A stretch of DNA of 64,000 nt from Amoebophrya sp. A120 (Eukaryota > Protista > Dinoflagellata): NCBI GenBank assembly GCA_905178155.1, contig CAJINV010000001.1, positions 124,001 to 188,000 on the forward strand, read 5' to 3'. The position numbers and the translations under genes were made by a program. Positions 52,652 to 64,000 of this stretch are shown one piece after another. Positions within the stretch are counted from its first letter, which is position 1. Each line of letters opens with the position of its first letter. The notes under the pieces are model-generated. The model was not told where the DNA came from. It was given only the letters and a program-made list of their open reading frames with translations, and ran no database searches.

Positions 52652-55600
52652 GGCGCACCATGAAGCACGTGCTCGCTCCTGACGTTGTCGTGTCCGTACC
52701 ACATTGAACTTGTTCAAGAAGCAAGGACGCCAGCAGCACAAGCTTGCCAAGGACACAGGCACCGTCTTATTCACCATGGTACTCAACGAAGACTCATAGT
52801 AGTTCAAAAATCTATCATAATTTTTACTCCTGGCAAAAACATTTCCATCTTCTTCTGCTCGTCCATCGGTAGGCGACTGCTTTCAGGCTGGCTTACAAAA
52901 AGCAATGGAGAGAATGAGTTACGTCGTGTTGATGCAGCGTCTGTATTTTTTGCATTCCTATTCGGTATGATATGTATTGACATTCCAAATATTAATATGG
53001 CCGAGGACGACCGTTTTGCAAGTTCATTTCAAGCGGGTAGCGCGGGCTTGAACCCATATCAAGCGAAAAACTCAAGCCCCCCTAGCAGTGTCTCTTGCGC
53101 CGTTGCTTTCGGTAGACTTGCTTAATATGGGAGTCGAAGGACTTTAACTTTATGTTTATCTATTTTTCTAAAATTTGCGCACCATCACATAAACTTTTTT
53201 GCCTAAGCCTATTTGGAAGAAAGGAGAAAGGAAGCCAACTCTCGCAGGCGAGATCATATTACACACTAGGGAGTGTCGGAATATGCTGTTCCCGTTGCTG
53301 CCACAGCCACTCACTTGCCTGCCGCCATGCTGGTGCTGAATAACTACAAGGCGGCGCGGTGGGGTTGCGTTGGTCCTGGTGTTTCTTTCTAGGACCCCTC
53401 GCACCAGATCATGAAGCAATAGCAGCCGGCCTACAAACTGAATAAAATCCTAGTACAACTACACGCGGCGGCGCAACATCTCCTTAGCCTGTTTCTCTTC
53501 ATAGTGGTAGTGCAGAAGAACAAGTGCCGAGGAACTATTTCTATTCCTCCCTCGGCGACATGTACACGCGGCCACGCCGTGATGAGGAATTGTTCCCGAA
53601 ATTCAACAAGAGCAGAAACTTACACTCGGATCGACACACCAATCGACGCAGCAATGTCTTGCTTTCATCTCGAAAAAAAAACAAGTTGTAACAGAGCGCG
53701 GCAATAGCTGCTAAAGCTAATTTATATTTACCGAAAGAAAAAATAAAAAATCAATCGCGTGGCGCTCGCTTCTTGAGGCGAGAGGCTGTTTTCTTGTTTG
53801 TTATCTTTGGCCTCGTGGCATCTGTAACCGGATGGTTACATGGGTTTGATGGGACTCAGAAGTTACAGCATCCGGTTGAAGGGCTTACTATTGATGTACT
53901 TAAAAACAGTAGATATGACGGCGATGAGAAAGCTATCCAAAAATAAAAGGCTTTATATTAATATTTATATAGTGACCTCAGCGACAGGCTCCTCTTCTTC
54001 AGGACGCCCTCCTTCCCCGCCACGGAAGAACGACGGTGCAAAAGCATCAGAGTAACAGTATTTGGGGCTCGCGCCGCAGTGCAGACACAGCGGCGCGGGG
54101 ATCTGCACATAACAATAGAACAATAGCACTGCAGCAACTAGATCTCCTGGGAGCGGCTAGATAAAGAAGCTTGGCCGAAGGGAAGGCGCCTTCTTGGCGA
54201 GGGGTTTTGGCGGGAAGGGCAGCCGACGCACGAAAAAAACTTCAGTTGTCCTGCCAAGCAGCAAAAGGCAATGCAGCAAAGTGTGTAAGTACTTCAGGTA
54301 TCCGATGCTCGCAAAAGCACGAACAAAAGACAAAGAGAAGAAAAACCCAAAAGAAAACTCGCTGGCGCAAACCGCCAGCAGCAGCCCAAAACTTAGAACG
54401 CTTGGCCCGGGCGGCGCCTGTAGTGCCAGAACGAGAAGCAGGGGCAGGGCCCAGCAATCGAGGCAGAAAATAAGCGCGCGCCCTCCAGGTTGTTCTCGTT
54501 GCATTCGGTGACAGGCGCGCCCCCTATCGGCTGGGGACTAGAAATCCCCAGCAGGTGCGACCGCCCTCTCTGTTTTCACATCATTGCATCCACCCCCGCG
54601 CAGCTAGGGCCAGGGTGCCGCTCTTCGGGGTACATACGTTTCGGCTACCTGTAGCTGCGGTTTGTGGAGGTAGGGGTCACGGTGGTCGCTTGGTACATAC
54701 AACACAGCTGCAACCCTGTGAACCGCTGCGCACCTGCTGGCGCTATTTGTAAATCGCGCGCACCGCTGTAGTAGCAGGGCTCCGCCACGCCTTTTGCTTC
54801 CCAGTAGCAGGCACCCCTGCAGCAGCGCGCTTACTTGGTCCAGATCCTCTACCTTTTTTTACTACTTACATGCAAAGCTGATGAAAGAATATTTATGAAA
54901 GTAGGCGGCCGCCCCACCTGCCTTCACCGCCTGAACGCGACAGGCATTCCGGTGGTTGTTTCTGTGCCCCTCCCAACCCGCGCGAGATTGGTCGCTTTTT
55001 TGCTTCCGTCTTCGAGACGGCAGGCCGGTCGCGCGTGCAAGAAGAACAACAACACAGGCCTGCTTGCAAAGCAGACAAACCACGTAGTGTTCTTGTATGA
55101 GCAGAAAGAAATGACTTTTGGGTCGCAATCTGTAGGCGGTTTTGGGACAAGACCTGTAGAGGTCGACCTCTAGAGGTGGACCTCTAGAGCTCACCCCTAC
55201 AGGTTTTGCACCTCTAGAGGTCGCGGCCCTCCTTGGGCTCCAGGTTTTCCCACAGTAGTGTGGGGATTCGAAATAGAAAGGTAAGCGAAAAAAAGGCTAC
55301 CTCTAGAGCTTGGGCCCTCCTTTGGCCCAGGTTTGAGCCAGGTCCGCGTCACAGTAGCACCGTGATTCGAAAAAAAACGTCAATGGCCGTCCTTTGAGCC
55401 TTCTTGGTCCCAGGTTTTAGACGATTTGCTGCGAGTACTATAGTTCTTTTGGCTATGCAAGCACAGCCACAAGGGATGAAAAAAATAATTAATAAAATTC
55501 GTTGCTGTATTCCACACCGACATTACCTCCGCAAACATAAGAACATGAAGCAGCGAAGAATTAAGAGGAGAAGGAGAGGCGCGTCTTGTTTTGGAGACGT

Positions 55601-55771
55601 GCGCTCAACGCTTCTTCTTCTACCCTTACCGTCCAAAGCATCACAACCGCGCTACAACATGGGAAAGCAGCCCTAAGCGATAGTAGGTGCGATGGTGCTC
55701 GCTTATGACTATGATTTCAGTTTAATGCGGACCCCAAAAAGCTTGGTATTCGTCGTGTTGTGACCACTAAG

Positions 55772-58700
55772 TCAACGTGTAAAGTCATTTTTCACGACGG
55801 CACAGCCAAGAAGTAGACCCACGGGAATGGCGACAATGAGAACAATATGAAACGGTTGAATTTGAATAGGAGCGATGTGGATGTCCCCTTGCGCAGCTAG
55901 CCCTACTAACGCGACCAGAGTATCAATGGAAAACTGCAAAATGTTTCATACCTATAAAGTACTAGCTAGCACGGTCGGGCACTGTTATGAGCACCATGGC
56001 GATCATTCTTGGCATTTTTGGGCGTCCCCACAAGCACGGTCGGACCGTGCTAGAAAAGCACCCAGCCGCGTGCTAGTAGTGCCTATGTGGGCGAAAAAGT
56101 GAATATATATCCAAAAAATGGGCCGCATATTTTCCGGCTTCGAAATATGCGGCCCACTTTTCGGATATATATTCACTTTTTCGCCCACATAGGCACTACT
56201 AGCACGCGGCTGGCTGCTTTTCTAGCACGGTCCGACCGTGCTTGTGGGGACGCCACAAAATGCGAAGAATGACCGAAATCGCGCTCATAACAGTGCCCGG
56301 CCGTGCTAGCTAGTACTTTATAGGTATGAAACTTTTCTACATTTTCCATCCCTAGACCAGAGCTGCGAGCGCAACAAGCATAAGAATGAAAACTATTTTG
56401 AATATGGAACCACACCCGGCGACCGAATCCAGAAACTTCAAGCACGATCGTGCTACAAAATTACATGGTCGCATTACGTGTTTGCAGCACTCCATTTTTC
56501 CCCGGGCCGCGGGGGAAGCACCTTCACCGCTTCCTGTGGGACTCCCGTTTCCGTTGACGACCGGTTGTGCCGCTTCGGCGGCTCCAGCAGGCACCGGTTC
56601 GCCGACGACCGGTTGCTGCCGCCGCGGCATCAAGCGAACCGCAGCACGGATTTTCGTCTTCCGCAAGTTCGACCAGGCGCTCGTCCGCGGCAACCAATTC
56701 CCGCTACCAGGTGTTGCCCCTTCTTCACCTTCTGCGGGGCGCGCGGGTGCCGGTTCGCCTCCAGAACCTGCATCGATGTGTTGCAAGGACGGCGAGTTCG
56801 ACTGGGCGGGCCGCGGCGACTGATTTGTTTTTCTTTTTCCTCGCTGCGAGCGTCGGCTGCCGATATTTTTTCTATAGCGCCGGCTGTAGAACGGCGCTGA
56901 GCGTCGCTTGGTCCTCCTAGTGCTCTGGCCGCTTCGCGCTTCTTGTGCCGGAGGGTCGACCACTGAGGCAGTCGTGGCCGCCGTACTAGTTGCTGGAGTC
57001 TGTGGGTCGTTCGTCGGGGCGGGGCGCAACCTAGTCCTCAGATTTTTCAAGAGACTGATAGGGTTCAAGTTGATCCCGGGGCCAGCGGCGGGTTCATCGT
57101 ATCCCGCAGAAAATAGCAGGTGGCAGGCCAGGGGCAGGGCATATTTGTATATGCAAAAATAAACACGTACATACACAGATGAAAAATCTGTCATGCCTGT
57201 GCTCTTTAGGATACAACGCAGTACATATTTTCACTTTATTTTTGCATATTTATTTTTGCACTACAAATATGAACATGATTATGACCTGCCTGCTTTTTTC
57301 TCTACTGGGATACTCCGGCTTCTTTTCTCTTCTGCTCCCGGTCGTTCGACCCGGCGTCGCTAGACCAAGACCACGAGGGAAAATTCATCCCCCCGCCGCT
57401 AGGTGTCATTCCTCGAGCGGGGCGCGCGGGTGCGATATGGACGCGTCACCAGGATCGAAATCGGCAACGTTGAAATAATTTGTCATGCACAGATTGCCTG
57501 TATTGCAGAGCAGGCAAGAGATGAGGGCAACTGAAAGCCTGTTTGGGGTTAGCTAGAGAGAGAGCTGCTGAAGTAGCACGACAAGAGATTTTTTCTTTCT
57601 CTCAACAGCGTGACAAACTGGATGTAGCTGATGCCGAAATTTGTCATGCGCCGCTTAGAAATTGGGCTTCCAACTGGTTGTATCGGTTTTAATTTTGTGC
57701 ATCAAACTCAAATAAAAGCGGTTCAACTTTGTTGATTTCGATCCTGACGCTTCCATATGCGACGGGGCCATCGTTGTCTCTCCCCCAATAAGCGCTTTCT
57801 TCTTTTTTACTCTGTCCCCGGTTGCTGGACGAGAGTATGGGAGTCTCAAACGATACACTCTCAACTGCTACATGAATTTGTGTTCTTGCAAATATGCCAA
57901 AAGTCAAAGGACGTAGATTGAGATTGTGATTGCATCCCCAGCATTACAAATTCGGCACAGATCTTACTGCTGTTTACCCCTTCATCAAAAATTTGTCATG
58001 CGCAGCAGCTTCGGCGTGTCGTGGATCGATCTGGATCGGATGTTGATGTTAATTTTGCGTGACAAATCAATTCGTGTAGCAGTAACGTTTGAGAATGTAG
58101 CCACGTTTGAGAATCCCATAGAAGATGCGGGGCCGGAATTCGACCTCCCCCACGGAAGTTTACTCCACCACCCGTATGCGCTGGAAATACGTGTGGGCCT
58201 GGAAGGACGCGAACTTGTGATGGGCATTTCACAACGCCGCGCACAAATAATCCCTCGTCATGCATAGGCAACAAAAAACACCCACAACTTCCTGTCACCA
58301 AAATGTAAATGGGGGATTTGTAGTCAACATGCGGACTAGAAGGCATTGCGGAACCTTCTCGGAATCTGTGATGCTGGGGCGTCCATGACGGAACTTGGCC
58401 TTCCTCTGTGTCATGCAAAAACAAACAGCATGACAAAAGTGCGCACCCTTCCAGACCCAGACATATTTGCAGTCGATAACCCGCGGGCAGGTACTACCCC
58501 GTCTGCAGGGACCTCGGTTGCGATTGCAGCAGCAGCGCCACCAGGTCGTGGTCCTAGGTTGTGTGTAGCAAAAGTGGTCTCCCTGCCGTTCCTCGCTTGA
58601 TGTGGTCCTCTCCTCGGCGGAGCACCGAAATAAGTATGGGCCGGCGTTTGATACCATTTTTGGACGAAGTACTTTCGTGATGGAGGCCGTCTTCCAGGTT

Positions 58701-61700
58701 TGTTGTTTTCCATGATCTCGGCCCGGTCGCCCTCGCCGCGAGCATCACGACCGCCTTGAGTCTGACCCCGCGGCAGCTTGCGCGCTGGCCGCGGCACAGT
58801 GGGTCGCGGCACGGGTGGCACGCTTTGCGCCTTTTTCTCCTCTGCCGGATTCAAGTACTGTTTCCCCGAAGATAAGACGCGGCCCCACTCCGCTTGCAGA
58901 ACCGGAAGGACGTCGAAGAAGCTCTGTACTAGACGCCGATCCACACCGCCATCCGTAGTCGTCCGCGACCGCGGAGATCCCTGATCTTTCGCGAAGAGAA
59001 ACTCTCCCACGCGGCGAAAGGAATCGCCTACGCCGCGCGCGATCGGGGCGCGGTGCATCAACTCCGCCAAAGTTGTAGTTGTAGCGGTTGTATGCACTGC
59101 AAATCCAGTATCGCACTCGTGGGAATATTAAATCGTAGGCATGCATTGCAAATGGAAATGCTATTCTGAAGAAAGTTTAAAAAGGTAAATCCACGTTACA
59201 TTCTCATTTTTCACGCTGAGAAAATTTGTCCTGCGATTTACACTACGCACGATATTACTTTTGCAATGCATAAGATGCCGTCGACCCACCAGGTGCGTTT
59301 CTATTTCGGTTTTGGTCCTGCTCTTTCGCCTTCCTCCCATGCTTTGCAAAAGTGTCTGGGTCTGGAAGAATACAAACTTGTGATGCGCATTTCAGAACAC
59401 AGAAAAATCCTCCATGCATAGTCAGCAAAAGCTGCCCACTTTCTGTCACCAAAGTGGGGGATTTGTGATGCGGATTCGGCAATGCGGAAGCTTCTGGAAA
59501 CCTGTGGCGCTAGAGCTTCCATGCCAGACCTTCTGTGTTATGCAAAAACAGCATGACTCTTCCAGACCCAGACATTTTTGCAGTTGATACCTCCCGCTAA
59601 ACGACAAAACGCCTTGGAAGAGCATAAACATGCCGATGAATACGCCAGAAAATTGAACCTCCGGCGATGCTGCTATTCTGCTGGGCAAAAGGATCACACT
59701 CGTTGGCGCACCAATTACGTTTATATATGGTTGCAGTACTGCATGACAAGGAAATCGGTCAATTTACATTTATTTTATTATGTCGAGGTAGTCGGTCTTA
59801 CGCACTAGTTCTTCGATTAGCAAAGCATACAAATAATTGCAAGAACTGGACATGGACGGGTTCCCCGCGTCGCGGGGAACCGATGCATATTAATTAACGG
59901 AACACGAATGCAATTCCAATAAATATAAAAGTCCTACACCAACCGGAGAGGGAGAGCAGATACTTTTGCATTCAATAGAAGCCGCAATCTCGAAAAATGA
60001 AGCTGGAGCAGAAACGGCGCGTGGGGTTTTCGTTTTCGTCGGAGCCGCATGGGTCAATACTTCTACGTCAGCGCGCTGTACCGTGGGGTCGACGTGTCCT
60101 CGTCGGCTCTCGTGGGGTCCTCGACGTGTCCCCGTCTGTTGCTTCTGTTTTCGCCTGTTGGTGTTCCCCTGCAAGAACTGCAAGAAGCTCCTTCTTGGCG
60201 TTCTGTGCGCAGCCGTTGTAGTTCTCGGGTCCTTCGTGTCGTGGCCGTCTATGGATGTGTCAGGATCGAAATCGGCAAAATCGAAAAATTTGTGATGCAT
60301 AACATGTAGAGCACGACTGAAGGCCTGTATTGGGAAGCAGGCATATGAGACCGATTGTAAGCCTGTTTAGGGGTATGCAATGTGCTGCCCGAGTAGCATG
60401 ACAGGAGGAGTCTTCTTTGCCCAAACAGCATGACAGACTGGATTGGGGTGCTCCCGAAATTTGTCATGCGCCAGTTGAAAACTGAGGCTCCAACTGACAT
60501 CGATTCTGTGCATGACAAATTTTTCGATTTTGTCAATTTCGATTCTGACACTCCCATACCGTCCTTTTCTTGTGTAGTTTCTGCCCCGAGATCGCGCGCC
60601 CTGCCCAGTGTTTTCAGGAGCGAGCCCGAGAGAGCGTCCAAACTGGTAAAATGTTGCCAATCGATTCCCTGCATTTGTGCACCTCAAAAGTACCTGCACC
60701 ATGATCGCAGCGCCAGAGAGCCTGCTGATACTGTGCCATTGATCACGCAGGTGCACTGCGCAATAAATTTAAATCTACCTTGCGGGACGATTTATTAGCA
60801 GCAAAGTTGTAGTAGTGTCAGTGGCTGAAACTGAATATGAGAAACTGCAAGAGCATTACAATTACTAGCACTGGCAAGAAGCAAAGTACACGGTGAAGCT
60901 GTAGTTGAAGAAGTGCACTATAATTGTCAAATCGAATGTGAGTTTGTCACTCATGCGATGTTGCTGGTAGAGAATGCGAGAGCGACTGCGACTGAGGAGA
61001 TGTGCATGAATGTAGTAAGGTGAAAATGTTGGGTCGTGAACAAGTGCGATAGTACTTTTGCACAGGATAGCACTGCGCGCTTGAGATTGGGGAGCAACAA
61101 CCGAGCCGGGGCTTGGTCTGGTGCGGCGTCATCTTCAGGCGTCCCGAGCATCTCACCAAACATGTCCAGGGTGTCGCTCACGCGGGACATTGCGCGCTTC
61201 GCCCGTCCAAAGTACTTCTTGATAGTGGACGGAACCGATTGCTTTCCTCCGCCCCCGCCCTCCGCAAACACCCCAGAGGTGCCCCGCACTTTGGGCATCA
61301 AGAGGAAACTGTCCTGCATTGGAAACATGAGCAGTTTGCTGTCGGTAGACGAAAGGTCGCGCTCCGTCAACCTGGGAAAGACGCTCAGCACCTCCGCACC
61401 ACGGTAAAGAGGCGGAGCGAAGTCGGTTCGCTGTATCTTCCGCGCTACGTCCTTTTCGTCGGCGAACGCCGCGAAGGTCGCCTGCAGAATCTGCTTTATC
61501 AACGCCTCAAGATACCGCTTGGCCCGCTTCCCCAGCGTCGCGCGAATGTAGTCTCGCTTGGCGTCCTCGCGGTCCGCCTTGATCGACGAAGATTGTCGCG
61601 CCGAGGTGGAGGTTCTTGTTCCCTTCTTGTTGTAGTCATACCCGCGAAGCAGCGCCTTCGGAATATGCAACCGACTGGACTGGAGGAAGCCGCGCAGCAA

Positions 61701-64000
61701 CCGGGCAATTTTTTTCGTTGCGAAGTGCAGGAGGAGGTAAAACGCGTAGTCTTCCTCCAGTAGCACCCCCTGGAGGCGTTCTGTGGACACCGCTGCGCCG
61801 CTGCTACGTGAAACGAGAGTTCGCGCAAAGCGTGCCCGGTCGTAGAAAACCCGGTAGACTCGGAGCTACCCCCGTAGTACCCGTTATCGTCAAGAAAAAT
61901 ACCCCCTGTCCATACTTAAATAATACTAAGCGAAAATCAAAATATGCGCTGTTGATTTGTGTCCACTACACATCGACCACGTCTTGCAAGAAGGCAACTT
62001 CGGCTCGCCGCCGCATTCTAATGAATTCTGGATTCCGTAGCCGTTTGACCACCTTTATGGCAGCCGTGTGTCAACATCATGCGACACAGCTACTTATGGT
62101 TGTACGTGAATTACATGATCTGCCGGCGTCAGGGATTTATTATTGTGTACACAAATTCGGCATCCCGAGTTTCGGTTTTGATTGTAGTGCTAGTGGGGAG
62201 CAGGTGGTTTTTTCATTTTGTTGATTTTGATGCCCGCTGTTTTATTTTTTTCCCGGTTTGCGCCGAGCCGGACGCCGTGAACACGCGGAAGCCCCCAACT
62301 CGCGCGCGCGAAGAACTGCCGCTCGAAGTCGCGGCTATGGCGTTCTCAACCGTTACATTTTCAACTGTTCTTACATGGGTTTGTGATGCAAGAATGGCGA
62401 AAGAAGTCAAAGCAAGGAGGTTGCACCTGTAGCATTACGAATTCCGCACAGATTTAGGTGCTGTTTAGACTTGTTAAAATTTACCATGCGAAGTAGCTTC
62501 GCCTTGTGGTCGCGAGTGTTGATGTTCGTTTTGCATTACAAGTCATTGTATAACAGCTGAGAATGTAACAGTTGAGAACGCCATAGCGGTGGCCGACGCT
62601 TTGGAGGCTTGTGAAGGTTCGGCAGCCTTCGGCGCATGGGCGTAATTTTGATCCTGCAGCTGCCCCGGGGCAACTGGCTGCGCAGTCCCTGGGGGGAGAA
62701 GCCGGAGAGTATCGGCGGCCAAGTCCTCTAGGAAGATATGGATGCGTCAGGAATGAAATCGACAAAGTTGAAATGATTTGTCATGCATAAAATGCAGACC
62801 ACAAAGCGCCTGTCTTGCAGGGTAGGCAAGTGAGGCAGATCGTAAGCCTGTTGGGGGGTAGACACTGGATTGGTAAAGTAGCACGACAAAAGGCGCCCTC
62901 CTTACCCAAACAGCATGACAAACGGGATTTCGGCTTTACCCAAATTCATCATGCACCACTCGCAAACTGGGTATCCATTTTATGCATGGGAGATTATTTC
63001 AACTTTGACGATTTCAATCCTGGCACTCCCATAGACGATACGCGGGGCGTACGCCTGTGGCCCGCGAAGGCCAAGAAAATACTCCAGAGGGACCGCTTCT
63101 AAAGAAATCCGGGCAGCCTTCTTGTTATTCTTATTTCCGCGTGAAAAAATGTCCTCTGGACTGGCGAAGGTTTGTTGTTGCTGCTGTTTCCGCCCGCCAT
63201 GATCATGATTCGCAGCTTTTTTATCCGTGGTATCAGCCACGTGGTAAGTCAGCTGCGTCACCGCAAAAACAGCGCCGGGGCTGAACATGGGCGGTGGGCT
63301 CGCCGAGGTAATATATCCCACAGAAGAAGTGAAAGGGAGGCAGCACCACATAAATTAAAATTTGCAATGCAAAAACACAAAATAAATCTCTCGTCGCGCG
63401 TGCTGTCCTAATAAGCAGCATGCTATACCATCGCCCATGACAGATTTATTTTGTGCGATTTGCGTCACGAAGATCAATCATGATCTGCCGGTCTTTTTCT
63501 GTGGGATACGGTAGAGCTGCTGAAGACGGGGATTAGGAACGCCACCAGGTCACCGGCTTGCGGGAGTGTGTGGCGTTCTCAACTGTTACATTCTCAATTG
63601 TTACATGAATTTGTGATGCAAGAATTGCAAAAGTGAAAGGGGGGAGGTTGCACCTCTAGCATTACAAGTTCTGCACAGATTTAGGTGCTATTTAGCCTTT
63701 CAAAAATTTGCCATGCGAAGTAGCTTCACCTTGTGGATGTTGATGTTCCTTTTGCATCACAAATCATGTAACAGCTGAGAATGTAACGTTTGAGAGTCCC
63801 ATAAAGTGGAAACAGGTATTGCAAGTTGATCTGAAACTGCTGCTGTCGCAGGTGCTGATCACGATCGTTTTTACCTATTTTTTGAGAAGTCTTCTGCGGC
63901 GGCAGCTTGACGGTAACGGGTGAGGCGAAATGCACCGGCAGCGACAGCTTCCTCGGCGACGATTTCTGAAGATTCCAAATGTCGCTTATGGGATTCTCAA
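55772..64000 (-). CDS. Paralog 2 of the 45252-52651 gene (5' part lies beyond the window)
   Basis: Shared peptides STERLQGVLLEEDYAFY, FPMQDSFLLMP, QGIDWQHFTS, PVLQAEWGRVL, FQINLQYLFPL; last exon 55772-55912 is reached after removing the MITE. Confidence 0.75.
55921..56354. mobile_element. Foldback hAT-type MITE acting as a probable intron
   Basis: Near-perfect arms of about 210 bp; 8-bp TSD gaccagag (55913-55920, 56355-56362); one terminus TAGGGATGGAAAA resembles the Ac/Ds TIR. Confidence 0.88.
57100..57312. mobile_element. Introner family F
   Basis: TIR tatccc..agaaaa.agcagg; TSD catcg/ctccg. Confidence 0.72.
57436..57757. mobile_element. Introner family E (TATGGA.GCGTCAGGATCGAAATC)
   Basis: TSD tgcga/tgcga. 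Confidence 0.9.
57836..58120. mobile_element. Introner family D
   Basis: TIR tatggga.tctcaaacg; TSD decayed. Confidence 0.8.
58175..58478. mobile_element. Introner family B
   Basis: TSD acccg/acccg. Confidence 0.9.
59091..59272. mobile_element. Introner (A-like), paralog 2 specific
   Basis: TIR tatgca.tgcaaa; paralog 1 uninterrupted at about 46805. Confidence 0.75.
59338..59589. mobile_element. Introner family B, paralog 2 specific
   Basis: TSD cctcc/cctcc; empty site ttcctcccgct at about 46860. Confidence 0.92.
60250..60558. mobile_element. Introner family E, paralog 2 specific
   Basis: TSD ccgtc/ccgtc; empty site ggccgtcctttt at about 47458. Confidence 0.93.
60676..61069. mobile_element. 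Introner family A, paralog 2 specific
   Basis: TSD gcatt/gcact; empty site ccctgcactacg at about 47568. Confidence 0.82.
62336..62585. mobile_element. Introner family D, paralog 2 specific
   Basis: TIR tatggcgttctcaac.gttacatt; TSD gcggc/gcggt; empty site at about 49537. Confidence 0.92.
62737..63033. mobile_element. Introner family E, paralog 2 specific
   Basis: TSD gaaga/gacga; empty site ggaagatacgc at about 49703. Confidence 0.9.
63314..63508. mobile_element. Introner family F, paralog 2 specific
   Basis: TIR tatcccacagaa; paralog 1 uninterrupted at about 49958. Confidence 0.75.
63569..63803. mobile_element. Introner family D, paralog 2 specific
   Basis: TSD gagtg/aagtg; empty site cgggagtggaaac at about 50010; sibling of 62336-62585. 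Confidence 0.9.

Noticed and set aside
5869-59697. Recurrent peptide motifs LPDPDIF / KNVWVWK / YPVQKYRT in the ORF track as a protein family
   Set aside because: They are translations of introner TIRs (families A and B), not real protein repeats

Overview
Eukaryotic (protist) genomic DNA with no rRNA, tRNA or CRISPR. Genes are broken by dozens of 140-420 bp non-canonical introns that look like non-autonomous DNA transposons: terminal inverted repeats (TIRs) beginning TAT and ending ATA, a 5-bp flanking direct repeat (TSD), and shared internal TTGT(C/A/G)ATGC motifs. Removing an element plus 5 bp usually restores reading frames and recognisable domains. This matches the introner elements described for the parasitic dinoflagellate Amoebophrya (Syndiniales); the organism call is inference. 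Hand-spliced genes: an RBR E3 ligase with a ZZ finger (2180-6596), a CDC48-domain-2-repeat protein ending in CaaX (7957-10032), a CPBP/CAAX-protease-like membrane protein (11013-14661), an RRM-KH-CysRS-anticodon-domain protein with about 15 introns (17770-23480), and two minus-strand paralogs (45252-52651, 55772->64000) with reciprocal introner presence/absence. The centre holds a GC-rich, palindrome-rich non-coding island (about 24.9-33.5 kb). Next to it is a 10.5-kb TIR transposon (34331-44789, 6-bp TSD ATCCAT) encoding an introner-split hAT-like DDE transposase plus a second large unknown ORF, a candidate autonomous partner of the introners. A 434-bp foldback hAT-type MITE with an 8-bp TSD (55921-56354) also appears to act as an intron. 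All splicing was inferred by hand from DNA, without RNA evidence.
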